64,000 bases of DNA from an uncultured Aliarcobacter sp. (GCA_963677435.1 OY781945.1:2560001-2624000), one strand, 5' to 3'; positions 10,743 through 21,692 are shown, numbered from the stretch's first letter. Notes: generated from the sequence alone by a model not told the origin. Numbers and translations are program-made.

Positions 10743-11028
10743 GTTTCAAAGAGTTGCAAAAAAAGAATATGATGATGCTTTAAATTATTACAATGATGAA
10801 AATGAAACTTTAGGTATGAAGTTTAAAAATGAAATAAAACAAAGTATCAACAATATTTTAAAATTTCCTACTTTATATCCCAAAATCAATGAACATATTA
10901 GAAAATGTGTAACTCACACTTTTCCTTTTACTATTTTTTATATTATAAAAGATGATTTTATCTTTATTTTAGCAATTGCAAATCATTATAAAAATCCAGA
11001 ATATTACATTCAAAGATTTTCTAACTAA
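10732..11028 (+). CDS. Type II toxin, RelE/ParE family
   Basis: MKIKF..AKKEYDDALNYY...FP...FPFTIFY...ILAIANH; likely start ATG 10732. Confidence 0.88.
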   Translation: MKIKFQRVAKKEYDDALNYYNDENETLGMKFKNEIKQSINNILKFPTLYPKINEHIRKCVTHTFPFTIFYIIKDDFIFILAIANHYKNPEYYIQRFSN

Positions 11029-11144
11029 TATAATTAGATAAAAAAACCTTACTTTACATAGTAAATCACCAATATTTCCAAATTCCAACCCAAACCTAAG
11101 CGTGCATTCAATAAACTGCCACACTAGATAAAGGGAATAAATAT

Positions 11145-12230
11145 ATGGCTACAAATTTACAATCTATCAAAGCAGATAGACCTGATATTATAACTTCGCA
11201 AATTGAAGGTATAAAATTTTATAGAAAAATGGATACTCAATCAGTTGTTGCTCAAATGATTGCAGGAAAATATGTTTTTGTTGAAGAATATTACAGTAAT
11301 GGTTTACAAGTTCTTGCTGAGCTGAAAAAAAATCTTTCAGAAAAATTCAATGACAAAAGTTTTCAAGGACAACGAGATTATCGAGCAGCTTTTAGAAAAG
11401 CTTCACACAGATTACTAATCAAAGTAAAAGATAATAAACTAGATGTTAAAAAAGCTCCAAATATTGGCTGGTTAGAATCACTTTATCCAGATATTTCAGA
11501 GTTTTATATATCTTTTCCAGAAGTTCAAGGAATGAATAGTTCATGGCAATGGCATGAAAAAGGTCTTGAGATTAAAACTTTGAATTTAACAATTCATCCT
11601 TATTATGGAACATATTTCCCAACAAGATTTGATCATTTAAAACTGTTTGATAAGTGGTTAAAAAAATATGATGGTCCTAAAGATAATGCCATTGATATTG
11701 GTGTGGGAAGTGGTATTTTAACATATCAATTAATTCAAAATGGTTTTGAAAATGTTTATGCAACTGATACAAACAAAAATGCGATTATTGGTGTTTATAA
11801 AGAGGGTAGAAGATTAGATTTTCAAAAGAAAATAACTCTAAATCATTGTGATTTATTTGGAGATTTTGATAGAAAAGTAGATGTAATTGTATTTAATCCT
11901 CCTTGGTTATTGGCAAAACATAATTTAGAAGAGGGAATTGATAAAGCTATGTATTATGAAAAAGAGCTATTTCCAAGGTTTTTCGAAGAAGCAAAAAAAT
12001 ATCTAAAAGAAGATGGAAAATTAGTTTTAATATTCTCAAATCTTGCTCAAGAAGTAGATAAAGAGAGTTCTCATCCAATAATAGAAGAACTACAAAAAAA
12101 CAATAGATTCAGAAAAGATTTACACTTAAGACGAGAAGTAAGAGCTTCATCAAGAAGAACTCAAAGAACAGATTCAAGAGAGACTGAAAAAGTTGAACTA
12201 TGGGTTTTAGCTCACAAAAAAGTGAAATAA
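11145..12230 (+). CDS. Class I SAM-dependent amino-methyltransferase (MTS/HemK-like C-terminal domain)
   Basis: Motif I DIGVGSG, motif IV FNPPW; ~150-aa N-terminal extension. Confidence 0.85.
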   Translation: MATNLQSIKADRPDIITSQIEGIKFYRKMDTQSVVAQMIAGKYVFVEEYYSNGLQVLAELKKNLSEKFNDKSFQGQRDYRAAFRKASHRLLIKVKDNKLDVKKAPNIGWLESLYPDISEFYISFPEVQGMNSSWQWHEKGLEIKTLNLTIHPYYGTYFPTRFDHLKLFDKWLKKYDGPKDNAIDIGVGSGILTYQLIQNGFENVYATDTNKNAIIGVYKEGRRLDFQKKITLNHCDLFGDFDRKVDVIVFNPPWLLAKHNLEEGIDKAMYYEKELFPRFFEEAKKYLKEDGKLVLIFSNLAQEVDKESSHPIIEELQKNNRFRKDLHLRREVRASSRRTQRTDSRETEKVELWVLAHKKVK

Positions 12231-12240
12231 GTAAAGAAGC

Positions 12241-12696
12241 CTAAGCGCTCTTTACTTTTTCATCAATCAAATTTCTAACACAAACATCAATCATTTCAAA
12301 AACTTTATCAAAGCCCTCAAAACCATCAAAAAAATATGGGTCAGGAACACACTCTCCATCAAATCCAAAATCACCTAATTTTAATGGATTTTTACAACCT
12401 AAGTTTTTTAGATTTGCAATATTGCTATCATCAAGTCCAACTATTAAGTCAAAGGCTTTAAAGTGCGATTTTTTAACTTGTTGAGCTTTTTGCTTTGAAA
12501 TATCAACACCATTTAGAAGCCCTACTTTAATAGAGTTCTCACAAGGAGGCTCACCGATATGCCAATGTCCAGTTCCTGCACTTTCAATCACTAAATTTAA
12601 ATTTTTTTCTTTTATATACTGCTTTGCTATTCCCTCAGCAAGTGGCGAACGGCAAATATTTCCTAAACACACAAATAAAATTGACTTTACTTCCAT
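12241..12696 (-). CDS. Low-molecular-weight protein-tyrosine phosphatase
   Basis: FVCLGNICRS P-loop, DPY motif. Confidence 0.95.
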   Translation of the reverse strand: MEVKSILFVCLGNICRSPLAEGIAKQYIKEKNLNLVIESAGTGHWHIGEPPCENSIKVGLLNGVDISKQKAQQVKKSHFKAFDLIVGLDDSNIANLKNLGCKNPLKLGDFGFDGECVPDPYFFDGFEGFDKVFEMIDVCVRNLIDEKVKSA

Positions 12697-12890
12697 TAAA
12701 ATTCATTTCCTTCAATACTATTATAAGAATAAGTTTTTATCTCTCCATCTTCTACGATATAAGAGATTTCAATTGGTCTACAGCACACTTCGCAATCATC
12801 TACCACAGTTTCATGTCCATAAATACCTGTGTCTAAAAGAATCGAAATTGCTTGTAAACAATATGGACATTGTATATGTATCTCTTCCAT
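12696..12890 (-). CDS. CPXCG-type cysteine-rich small protein
   Basis: CPYC...DCEVCCRP. Confidence 0.85.
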   Translation of the reverse strand: MEEIHIQCPYCLQAISILLDTGIYGHETVVDDCEVCCRPIEISYIVEDGEIKTYSYNSIEGNEF

Positions 12891-12949
12891 CTTTTATCCT
12901 TTTTTGTTAGTTTATCAAAACATTAATTAATCATTTAAAACCATAAAAT

Positions 12950-13147
12950 ATGTTACTATTTCAAAAATTTAAAAAAGGATTTGTCATCGCTACTTGTAAA
13001 AATTGCAAAAATGAAATAGAACCAAAAAGAAGACAATGCCCTTACTGTGGAATTTTAAATCCAACAGTAACCCTAAAAGATATTTTTATAGGAATAGCCA
13101 TTGTTTTATTTGTTATGAGTATAGTAACTTATTTTGTAAATAACTAA
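12950..13147 (+). CDS. Zinc-ribbon protein with C-terminal TM helix (start uncertain)
   Basis: CKNC...CPYCG followed by a hydrophobic helix. Confidence 0.7.
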   Translation: MLLFQKFKKGFVIATCKNCKNEIEPKRRQCPYCGILNPTVTLKDIFIGIAIVLFVMSIVTYFVNN

Positions 13148-13690
13148 TTATCTTTTTGTGATAATTGCATATAAAAACCCAATTCCTAAACCAATAAAGT
13201 GAGAATACCAAGCTATTGGTAAACCAATAATTAGTGGTGCAACTGAGATTAATAAAATCCAAGTTATTATTCCACCTCTTTGGGCTTTATCATAATAAGC
13301 TAAATACCCAAGTAAAGCACAAATTGCTCCTGATGCTCCAACTAAATTTACATTATGATCTACATAATATATATATGCAAATGACAAAATTGAAGTTAAT
13401 AATCCAGTTATTAAATATAAAGCAAAGAATTTTTTAGCACCCATGAATCTCTCAAGTAAATTTCCAAATTGCCAAAGAACAAACATATTCATCCCAAGAT
13501 GTCCAAGTCCTCCATGGGCAAACATAGTACTAAGTGGTTGCCACCAAAAACCATATACTAAGAAGTATAGATTTAATCCAAATAATAAGCCACCATTTGA
13601 AATATTTATTTGTATAATATACATTAAAACTGTAATTATTATCAGAATATTTGTGGCAGTGAAATCTTTTTTACTAAAGTTTTTTAACAT
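13148..13690 (-). CDS. Rhomboid-family intramembrane serine protease
   Basis: HGGLGHLGMNM, GASG, HFIG motifs. Confidence 0.93.
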   Translation of the reverse strand: MLKNFSKKDFTATNILIIITVLMYIIQINISNGGLLFGLNLYFLVYGFWWQPLSTMFAHGGLGHLGMNMFVLWQFGNLLERFMGAKKFFALYLITGLLTSILSFAYIYYVDHNVNLVGASGAICALLGYLAYYDKAQRGGIITWILLISVAPLIIGLPIAWYSHFIGLGIGFLYAIITKR

Positions 13691-14267
13691 TGTTTTTATA
13701 TACCTTTATTGTGCAATCTATTTTTGAAGCTATCTCATTTTTATCATAATATTTAAAATCTGTATAAAACTTGAAAATTTCTTTGTCATCTGCTAAAAAT
13801 GAAGTCAAAATAGCTCCTGAACAAAATTTACAATCACTTGTTTTTTTGTTTTGGTCTTTTTTATCGTTTTCTATTATTTCATATTTTATTGTTAAATATT
13901 TTTCAATATTTGGCTTTGGAGTTTTTTCAATAGCTTTTGTATAATAACTATTTAATTCATTTAAAGAGATAAAATCTTCAATAATAGATGGTGTTTGTTG
14001 GGATTTTTTATAAGAGCCTTCTACTTTATAAAAACCTTTATTTAAAGCTTTCATAGACTTATTTAGAAGCTCTTGATTATAAACTTTTGAGACTGTGAAA
14101 ATATCTTTTTCACAAGAAAGAGGGATAACTCTCTCTTTTGTGACTTCGTCATAATCATTATTTGCGATATATTTTGAATATAACATCATAGTTATAGAAA
14201 TAAGTACGATAGAAGCTAGAGTAAAAAAATTATTTACAAGTACACTATCTCTAGCTCCTTTTTTCAT
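13674..14267 (-). CDS. Hypothetical membrane-anchored periplasmic protein
   Basis: N-terminal TM helix, four Cys; co-oriented between lon and rhomboid. Confidence 0.7.
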   Translation of the reverse strand: MKKGARDSVLVNNFFTLASIVLISITMMLYSKYIANNDYDEVTKERVIPLSCEKDIFTVSKVYNQELLNKSMKALNKGFYKVEGSYKKSQQTPSIIEDFISLNELNSYYTKAIEKTPKPNIEKYLTIKYEIIENDKKDQNKKTSDCKFCSGAILTSFLADDKEIFKFYTDFKYYDKNEIASKIDCTIKVYKNNVKKL

Positions 14268-14271
14268 TTAA

Positions 14272-16689
14272 TTAAACTAATGCCTCTTTTAAAACATCTT
14301 CTATAACATCAACAGCTTTTATTTCCATTGCATCTTTTACTTCTTGAGGAATTTCATCTAAATCTCTCTCGTAATTTTTTCTAGGAATTAATGCTTTTTT
14401 CATTTTTGCTTTGTATGCTGCAATTAACTTCTCTTTTAATCCACCAATAGGTAGAACTTTCCCTGAAAGCGTAAGTTCACCAGTCATTGCAATATCTGAT
14501 TTTATTGGCTTTTCAGCTAAGATTGAAGCTATTGTTAAAGCCATAGTTATACCAGCACTTGGTCCATCTTTAGGAGTTGCACCCTCTGGGATATGTAAGT
14601 GAATATCATATCTTTTATAAACTTCACTTGGGTCTACCATAGTTTTATCTGTGATTTCTTGTGAAGATTTTGGAATAATTTCATTATCTATTAATAAAAC
14701 GCCTTTATCTATTAAAACTTTTATAACTGAATAAGATATTCTTGAAGACTCTTTCATAACTTCCCCAAGATTTCCAGTTACAGATAAAGTACCTTTTCCT
14801 TTTAGTTTAATTGCTTCGATTTTTAAAACATCTCCACCAACTGAAGTCCACGCTAATCCATTAGCAATTCCAATTGAATTCTTCTTATCTGCTGGGTCTA
14901 TTTCAAAAATTGGATTATCTAAATATGCTTTTAAATCTTTTGTAGCAATTGTCACTTTTTGTATTGTGTCATCATTTAAAATCTGTTTTACAACTTTTCT
15001 AAATAATTTTGAGAATACTCTTCTTAAATTTCTAACACCTGCTTCTCTTGTATATTTAGAAATAATCATCTCAATAGTTGCTTTATTTAGATTAACTTCA
15101 GATTTTTGAAGTCCATGTTTTGCCAACTCTTGAGGAATTAGATAATCTTTTGCAATATGATATTTTTCATTTGGAGTATAAGATGAAATTTCAATAAACT
15201 CCATTCTATCTCTTAATGGTGCTGGAATTTTTCTAGCATCATTTGCAGTTGATACAAAAATAACTTGAGATAAATCAAGTGGGAAATTTAGATATAAATC
15301 TCTAAATTCATGGTTTTGTTCTGGATCTAAAATTTCTAACATTACAGCAGTTGGATCACCTCTGTGATTTGCTCCTATTTTGTCAATTTCATCTAAAACC
15401 ATTACTGGATTCATTTTTTTTGCATCAATAAGACCTTTTACAAGTCGTCCTGGCATTGCTCCAACATAAGTTCTTCTATGTCCTCTTAACTCATTCACAT
15501 CTTCCATTCCACCAAGAGCTACTCTTATTAGTGGTCTTTGTAATGCTTTTGCAATTGAGTTTGCCAATGAAGTTTTACCAACACCTGGAGGTCCTACAAA
15601 ACATAAAACTGTACCTTTAGATTTTAAATCTTCAATATTTCTTTGTTCAAGTAATTGTTTAACTGCGAAATATTCAGAAATTCTCTCTTTTGGTTTTACT
15701 AAAGAGTAATGATCTTTATTTAATTGTTCTTCAACATTTTTAACAGATATTTTTTCATTTGCATATTCACCAAAAGGAATATCTAAAACTTGCTCAACAT
15801 AAGTTTGTAAAAGTGAAGCATCAGGAGAATCAGGATTCATTCTTCCAAGTTTTTCAACTTGTTTTTTTGTCTCTTTGTAAGCTTCTTTAGGCATAAACTC
15901 TTTTTTAGCTTTTAGTCTTTTTTTATAAGCTTTAACTTCTTCATCTTTTTGATTATCGCTTCCAAGTTCTTTTTGAATAGCTTTGATTTGTTCTTTTAAA
16001 AAGTAGTCTTTGTGAGTTTTTTCAATTTTTGAATTTACTTTTTGAGTAATCTCTTTTTGAATTTTAAAAGATTCAATCTCTTTTTTAATTACTTCAATAA
16101 TATCAAACAATCTTTGCTCAATATTTGTTTGAGCAAACAGTTTATAAGCTTCATCTTTTTTAACTTTTAAAACAGATGAAATTAAATCTGCAATTCTTGT
16201 GGCATCATCATTTTCTTCTATTGTTTTTACTAAATCAGCTGGAAACTTAATATTTAATCTTGATAATTTTTTTACATTTTCAATCAATACTTCAATAACT
16301 GATTTAATACTCTCAGGATTTGCTTCTTCACTTCTTAAAATATCAACTTTTGCAAATAAAGAATCTTCTTTAGTAAACTCTGAAATATGACCTTTTACTA
16401 AACCTTGGAAAAGTACTTTTATCTTACCATCTGGTAAAGATACTTTTCTCATTATATTTCCAACAACACCTACATCATAAAAAGAATCTACTTCTCTTTT
16501 TCCTTCTTTCCCATGCTTTGAAACTGTAACAACAACAAGTTTGTTATGTTCAATTGCATATTCAACTGCTTTAATATTGTCTTCATTACTTAAAAATAAA
16601 GGAGCAATCATAAAAGGATATAAAAATATATCATCTTCTATTATTAAAGGTATAGTTTGTGGGAATTCATCATAATTTTCTAATTCCAT
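14272..16689 (-). CDS. lon: ATP-dependent Lon protease
   Basis: GPPGVGKTS, RTYVGAMPG, PKDGPSAG, PIGGLKEK. Confidence 0.98.
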   Translation of the reverse strand: MELENYDEFPQTIPLIIEDDIFLYPFMIAPLFLSNEDNIKAVEYAIEHNKLVVVTVSKHGKEGKREVDSFYDVGVVGNIMRKVSLPDGKIKVLFQGLVKGHISEFTKEDSLFAKVDILRSEEANPESIKSVIEVLIENVKKLSRLNIKFPADLVKTIEENDDATRIADLISSVLKVKKDEAYKLFAQTNIEQRLFDIIEVIKKEIESFKIQKEITQKVNSKIEKTHKDYFLKEQIKAIQKELGSDNQKDEEVKAYKKRLKAKKEFMPKEAYKETKKQVEKLGRMNPDSPDASLLQTYVEQVLDIPFGEYANEKISVKNVEEQLNKDHYSLVKPKERISEYFAVKQLLEQRNIEDLKSKGTVLCFVGPPGVGKTSLANSIAKALQRPLIRVALGGMEDVNELRGHRRTYVGAMPGRLVKGLIDAKKMNPVMVLDEIDKIGANHRGDPTAVMLEILDPEQNHEFRDLYLNFPLDLSQVIFVSTANDARKIPAPLRDRMEFIEISSYTPNEKYHIAKDYLIPQELAKHGLQKSEVNLNKATIEMIISKYTREAGVRNLRRVFSKLFRKVVKQILNDDTIQKVTIATKDLKAYLDNPIFEIDPADKKNSIGIANGLAWTSVGGDVLKIEAIKLKGKGTLSVTGNLGEVMKESSRISYSVIKVLIDKGVLLIDNEIIPKSSQEITDKTMVDPSEVYKRYDIHLHIPEGATPKDGPSAGITMALTIASILAEKPIKSDIAMTGELTLSGKVLPIGGLKEKLIAAYKAKMKKALIPRKNYERDLDEIPQEVKDAMEIKAVDVIEDVLKEALV

Positions 16690-16717
16690 CTAATTTAACT
16701 CCTAAAATCTATAAAAT

Positions 16718-17371
16718 TTATTCAAATACTGCTCTGTAAAATGGAACATCTACAGGAACTATTTCTGTTGGTTCAATCCAAGAATTTTTTACTTTTTGAT
16801 CATAAAAAGCTGCACCTAATTCTTTATCTCTTCTTATATAAAGCTCTGCAATTTCTTTATCCATTGATGCTTTTGCCATATATAATCTTGAATTGATTGT
16901 ATCAACTAAAGGCATATAAGGTGAATTTTTATATTTCACTTTAAACTCATTAATTTGAGTCAATGTATCTTCAATTAGTTGTTGATCTCTAAATTGGTAT
17001 TTAAATCCTAAAAAGTTTGCTTTAATTTTTAGATATCTTGCATAATCAATATCTTTACTTAAACTAAATCTTTTAATATATTCATCCAAATAGAAGTTTG
17101 CAAGAGCATATTCTTCTTCATCAATGTGCGCATTTACTAATATCAACATAGCCGTTGGAACAAAAGGTGTATTTCTATGTTCACTCTCTAAAGATGTATA
17201 AGTATCATCAGCTGCATCTAAATCACTAGAAGCTATTTGTTTCAACATTTTGTTATACCAATAAATTGCTGGTTTATTATATTCTTCGTCTTTCTTACTT
17301 GAACAAGCAGTAAGTACAAAGGCTGTACAAGCTATTAATAATAAGTTTTTTAGTCTAAAGCTTCCGTTCAT
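16718..17371 (-). CDS. bamD: Outer membrane protein assembly lipoprotein BamD
   Basis: Lipobox LTAC, TPR-like helices, position upstream of lon as in other Campylobacterota. Confidence 0.88.
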   Translation of the reverse strand: MNGSFRLKNLLLIACTAFVLTACSSKKDEEYNKPAIYWYNKMLKQIASSDLDAADDTYTSLESEHRNTPFVPTAMLILVNAHIDEEEYALANFYLDEYIKRFSLSKDIDYARYLKIKANFLGFKYQFRDQQLIEDTLTQINEFKVKYKNSPYMPLVDTINSRLYMAKASMDKEIAELYIRRDKELGAAFYDQKVKNSWIEPTEIVPVDVPFYRAVFE

Positions 17372-17574
17372 TTTAAATATCCTTTCTCATAAAAGTGATA
17401 TTCTATCTAATACTAGCTTATTTTTTTAGTAGTTTGTTTTATATAAAACTAAACAAAATATTTATTTATGTTTGGTTAAATTAAAAAGTATGCTAAAAAT
17501 CAAGTAAATGCTTATTGAAGCTAATATAAATGGTACACTTTTTGTATATTAGAAAATAAACACAAGGGAATCAT

Positions 17575-17904
17575 ATGGTTTGTAAATTTCAAGAAATAAG
17601 TGATTTTTTCCATAAGCACTCACAACTTTTAGATGGTATTGAAGACCAAGAATTAAAAGAACTGTTAGAAATATTTCCACATGCATGTAAATTTGTAAAA
17701 ACACTTGAGGAGGATATTGTTAATTGTGATGATTTAGAATTAGTATCTCAAAAAACTTTTGAGTTACTCAATAATGCATATGAGCATGAATATACAAAAG
17801 ATGATATTTTAAAGTTTGCAGGTGTTACATGCAAAATATTTGATATTGTTGGTGCTCCTAAATGCCATGTTCCATTTATTTTAGTTATGTTATCGAAACT
17901 CTAA
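17575..17904 (+). CDS. Hypothetical protein
   Basis: 109 aa with RBS aaggga; acidic, five Cys; no family recognised. Confidence 0.7.
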   Translation: MVCKFQEISDFFHKHSQLLDGIEDQELKELLEIFPHACKFVKTLEEDIVNCDDLELVSQKTFELLNNAYEHEYTKDDILKFAGVTCKIFDIVGAPKCHVPFILVMLSKL

Positions 17905-18024
17905 TATTTATCACTTTATACTTTACCTCGCAATAAATAAATAATTTAATACTATTTTGTATCAAAATAGTAGCTTAGGAATTATCTGCTATAATTGACC
18001 AAAATAATTAAAAAAGGCAAAATA

Positions 18025-18789
18025 ATGAAACTAACATTAATTGGTAATGGTATTATGGCACAATCATTAGCAAGAGGATTGATAAAAAATCATGAAGTTG
18101 AAATCATTGGAAGAGACAACGATAAACTAAAAGCTATACAAGAAAAAATCCCACAAATAACTATAAAAGTATTAGAAGATAATGAAAATATTACAGGAAA
18201 AAATGTAATTTTTTGTGTAAAACCTTATGCTTTACAAAGTGTTTCAGCAAGACTTGCTGGAAATGCAAATATATTATTATCTATTTTAGCTGGAACAAAA
18301 CTTGAGACATTAAAGAAACAAATAAAAGCAAAACACTATATTAGAACTATGCCAAATGTTGCAGCATCAGTTCAAAACTCAATGACTACGATTACAGGTG
18401 ATAATGAAGCGAAACTTGTGGCTATGGAAATATTTTCTAGTATAGGTCAAGTTATTTGGGTAAATACAGAAGACCAACTTGACATAGCAACAGCAGTTGC
18501 TGGAAGTGGACCTGCATATTTAGCACTAATTGCAGAAGCTCTTGCAGATGGTGCTGTTAAAGCTGGACTTGAAAGACATCTTAGTTATCAATTAGTTCAA
18601 GGATTATTTTCAGGAACTGCATCATTATTAAAACATTCACATCCAGCAATCATCAAAGATTCTGTTATGAGTCCAGGAGGAACTACAGCTGCTGGATATG
18701 CAAAACTTGAAGAGTGTGGCGTGAGAGATGCAATGATAAAAGCTATTGAAGAAGCTCATAAAAAAGCTACAGATCTTGGAAAAAAATAG
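18025..18789 (+). CDS. proC: Pyrroline-5-carboxylate reductase
   Basis: IGNGIM, VKP, RTMPN, GSGPAY, SPGGTT. Confidence 0.96.
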   Translation: MKLTLIGNGIMAQSLARGLIKNHEVEIIGRDNDKLKAIQEKIPQITIKVLEDNENITGKNVIFCVKPYALQSVSARLAGNANILLSILAGTKLETLKKQIKAKHYIRTMPNVAASVQNSMTTITGDNEAKLVAMEIFSSIGQVIWVNTEDQLDIATAVAGSGPAYLALIAEALADGAVKAGLERHLSYQLVQGLFSGTASLLKHSHPAIIKDSVMSPGGTTAAGYAKLEECGVRDAMIKAIEEAHKKATDLGKK

Positions 18790-19063
18790 TTTTACCTTAA
18801 TAGAAACTCTAATTAGTATCACTTTTTTATCTGTCGTGATAAGTGGATTTATATATTCTACTTATCACGATGAAACAAATCAAAAAAATTATATGTTATT
18901 AAATGATTTAGAAAATAGTTTTAATATAAAAAATTACACTAACTTTATAAAAACAACTCAAAACCTTCAAGTAACAATAAATGAAGTGTCTACTGAAAAT
19001 ATCGTTGTTTCAAAATATCAATTTGAAAATGAAAACATAAAAGTTTTTAAATATGAAAAATAG
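18776..19063 (+). CDS. Prepilin-type N-terminal protein (pseudopilin-like)
   Basis: KNS/FTLIETLISI class III signal; start probably TTG 18776. Confidence 0.75.
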   Translation: MEKNSFTLIETLISITFLSVVISGFIYSTYHDETNQKNYMLLNDLENSFNIKNYTNFIKTTQNLQVTINEVSTENIVVSKYQFENENIKVFKYEK

Positions 19064-19394
19064 TTTTTCTCTTCTTGAAATAATTTTAACCCTAATAATC
19101 TCATCAATAATAATTGTCTATTCTACGCTTTTTACAAAAGAGTTATTTTTTGAAAATAAAATAAATCAACAAATAGAAATCCAAAAAATAGATTTATTAT
19201 CAACAAAAATATTTTTTGAAAAACATCTAAATGAACTAAATGAATTCACTTATTCAAATAATAATTTATACTTTAAAAATAGTTTATTACTTGAAAAGAT
19301 AAAAGAGTTCAGATTAAATAAAAATGCAAATAAAATCTCTATTTATATAAATTTAGATGATAAAATCATTCAAAATTGGGAATTTGCACAATGA
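19053..19394 (+). CDS. Prepilin-type N-terminal protein (pseudopilin-like)
   Basis: MKNS/FSLLEIILTLII. Confidence 0.75.
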   Translation: MKNSFSLLEIILTLIISSIIIVYSTLFTKELFFENKINQQIEIQKIDLLSTKIFFEKHLNELNEFTYSNNNLYFKNSLLLEKIKEFRLNKNANKISIYINLDDKIIQNWEFAQ

Positions 19395-19717
19395 AAAAAG
19401 CTTACACTTTATTAATAACAATAGTATTAATAACACTATTTTCTGTTTTAGGAATTTTTATATTAGAGACAAAATCATTAAGAAGTGTAAATTTAACAAA
19501 TCAGTATTTGTATATCCAAGCTAAAAATCATAAAGAATTTTTGAAAGATTATCTTAAAAGTATAAATTTAACAGGAATAAATCATCTAAAAATTGAAGAT
19601 GACTTATTTGATATTTATGCAAAAGTAGAACCAAAAGATTCTACTTTTATCCTTGATATTTTTGTAAAAGCGAAAGATTATGATATTTCACTTTATGAAA
19701 GAGTTATTAAAGAATAA
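19391..19717 (+). CDS. GspK/PilX-like minor pseudopilin
   Basis: [14 protein letters not shown], lacks Glu5 as PilX/GspK do; ATGA overlap with the previous gene. Confidence 0.6.
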   Translation: MKKAYTLLITIVLITLFSVLGIFILETKSLRSVNLTNQYLYIQAKNHKEFLKDYLKSINLTGINHLKIEDDLFDIYAKVEPKDSTFILDIFVKAKDYDISLYERVIKE

Positions 19718-20306
19718 CATCCAAAACTTTTTTAGCAAGATTCAAAGCTTTTGTTCTATGGGAAAACTCTTTTTTAGCGTCATATCCTAACTCACCTAAA
19801 GTTTTTTCATATCCATTTGAAATAAACATTGGGTCATAACCAAAACCACCCTCACCTAACTCTTTATTTATTACATTTCCATGCATCCAACCATGAACTG
19901 TATAAACTTCATTTTTATAAACTATTGCAATACATGCTGTGTAAAATGCAGGTGTGATTTCTAGATTCTTTGCATTTAAACTTTCAATCAGTTTTGCATT
20001 ATTTTGTTTATCACTTGAACCAATACCTGCATATCGAGCTGAATAAACACCTGGTTCATTGTTAAGTGCTGGAACACTAATTCCTGAATCATCAGATATT
20101 ACAATTACATCATTTTGTCCTATTTTTACAAGTTCATCATAAATAGTTTGTGCTTTTTTAATAGCATTACCTTTAAATGTATCTTTATCTTCATCTATTT
20201 CAATTTTTCCTAAAATTTCACTAAAGGCAATTACCTCATCGTCTGGCATTAATTTCTCAAATTCTACGATTTTACCTTTGTTTGCTGATGCTAAAACTAT
20301 CTTCAC
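19707..20306 (-). CDS. rdgB: Non-canonical purine NTP pyrophosphatase (Ham1/RdgB)
   Basis: [28 protein letters not shown]; start at GTG 20306 after RBS aagga. Confidence 0.95.
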   Translation of the reverse strand: MKIVLASANKGKIVEFEKLMPDDEVIAFSEILGKIEIDEDKDTFKGNAIKKAQTIYDELVKIGQNDVIVISDDSGISVPALNNEPGVYSARYAGIGSSDKQNNAKLIESLNAKNLEITPAFYTACIAIVYKNEVYTVHGWMHGNVINKELGEGGFGYDPMFISNGYEKTLGELGYDAKKEFSHRTKALNLAKKVLDVIL

Positions 20307-20381
20307 AATTATCCTTTTCAACCTATTATTAACTATTATTAACTATAATCACGGCAAATTATATTATGTTTAGGATTATAG

Positions 20382-21692
20382 ATGATTAAATCAGTTTTAC
20401 CTCTTAGTGCAATTATTGCTCTGAGATTTTTCGGTTTATTTTTAGTTTTACCAGTTATATCAGTATATGCTATGAATTTAGAAGGTGCAACTTCAGCTTT
20501 AGTTGGAATTGTAATTGGTGGTTATGCCTTAACTCAAATGATATTTCAAGTTCCATTTGGAATAATAAGTGACAAATTAGGAAGAAAAAGCACAATTATC
20601 ATTGGATTAATACTTTTTGCTATTGGTTCTTTAATTTGTGCTATTTCTACTGATATTTATTCTTTATTATTAGGAAGACTTTTACAAGGTGCTGGTGCTA
20701 TTGGTGCTGTTGTAACTGCAACGATTAGTGACTTAGTAAAAGAAGAACAAAGATCAAAAGCAATGGCAACAATGGGAATGTTCATTGGAGTTGCCTTTGC
20801 AGCATCAATGGCAGCAGGTCCCACAATTGGTGCTAAATTTGGTGTTGAAACACTATTTTATATTACTATGATTATTGCAATTGGTTCTATTTTTGTTTTA
20901 TTAAAAATGGTTCCAAATCCTCCACATATAACTCATACTTACAATAAAAAAGTTGAATTAGGTGCCGTTTTAAAAAATGTAAATTTAATAAAAATGAATA
21001 TCACAAACTTTTTACAAAAAGGTTTAATGACATTTGCATTTATGATTATTCCTATCATTTTAACAAAAACTTACGGATGGCAATTAAGTGATTTATGGCA
21101 AGTATATATGCCTGCTATGGTTTTTGGATTTATTTCTATGGCACCTGCTGCAATTATTGCAGAGAAAAAAGGAAAATTTAGAGAGATTCTAATCATTGGT
21201 ATTATTTTCTTTGCTGTTTCTTATTTAATTATGGGATTTAGTACAAGTGCAGCTATATTTGTTGTTGGTGTTGTTATATTCTTTATTGGATTTAATATGC
21301 ACGAACCAATTATGCAATCACTTGCATCTAAATTTGCAAAAGTTCATCAAAGAGGTTTAGTTTTAGGAATCTTTAACTCAGCTGGTTATTTAGGAACTTT
21401 CTTAGGTGGTATGATTGGTGGAATATTTTATAAAGATGTAACACTAACTACTTTAGTAGTTGTAATTGCAGTAATTTGTGTTTTATGGGCTATTTTAATT
21501 ATTACTATGGCAAATCCTTCTAAGAAAAAATTTGCCTATTTATCACTAAATGAATACCATTTAGAAAATAGTGGAAAATTAAATCATTTAGCTATTGATG
21601 AGTGGTATATCAATAATACTGAAAATGTAATTGCAATAAAATATGATAATGAAAAAATTAGCGAAGATGAGATAAAAAATCTCTTAAAATAA
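20382..21692 (+). CDS. MFS transporter (YajR-like, with C-terminal soluble domain)
   Basis: Motif A GIISDKLGRK, multiple TM helices. Confidence 0.92.
   Translation: MIKSVLPLSAIIALRFFGLFLVLPVISVYAMNLEGATSALVGIVIGGYALTQMIFQVPFGIISDKLGRKSTIIIGLILFAIGSLICAISTDIYSLLLGRLLQGAGAIGAVVTATISDLVKEEQRSKAMATMGMFIGVAFAASMAAGPTIGAKFGVETLFYITMIIAIGSIFVLLKMVPNPPHITHTYNKKVELGAVLKNVNLIKMNITNFLQKGLMTFAFMIIPIILTKTYGWQLSDLWQVYMPAMVFGFISMAPAAIIAEKKGKFREILIIGIIFFAVSYLIMGFSTSAAIFVVGVVIFFIGFNMHEPIMQSLASKFAKVHQRGLVLGIFNSAGYLGTFLGGMIGGIFYKDVTLTTLVVVIAVICVLWAILIITMANPSKKKFAYLSLNEYHLENSGKLNHLAIDEWYINNTENVIAIKYDNEKISEDEIKNLLK

Noticed and set aside
17531..17545. Sigma-54-like sequence TGGTACACTTTTTGT
   Set aside because: Spacing is right but the -12 dinucleotide is GT instead of GC, and rpoN presence is unknown.
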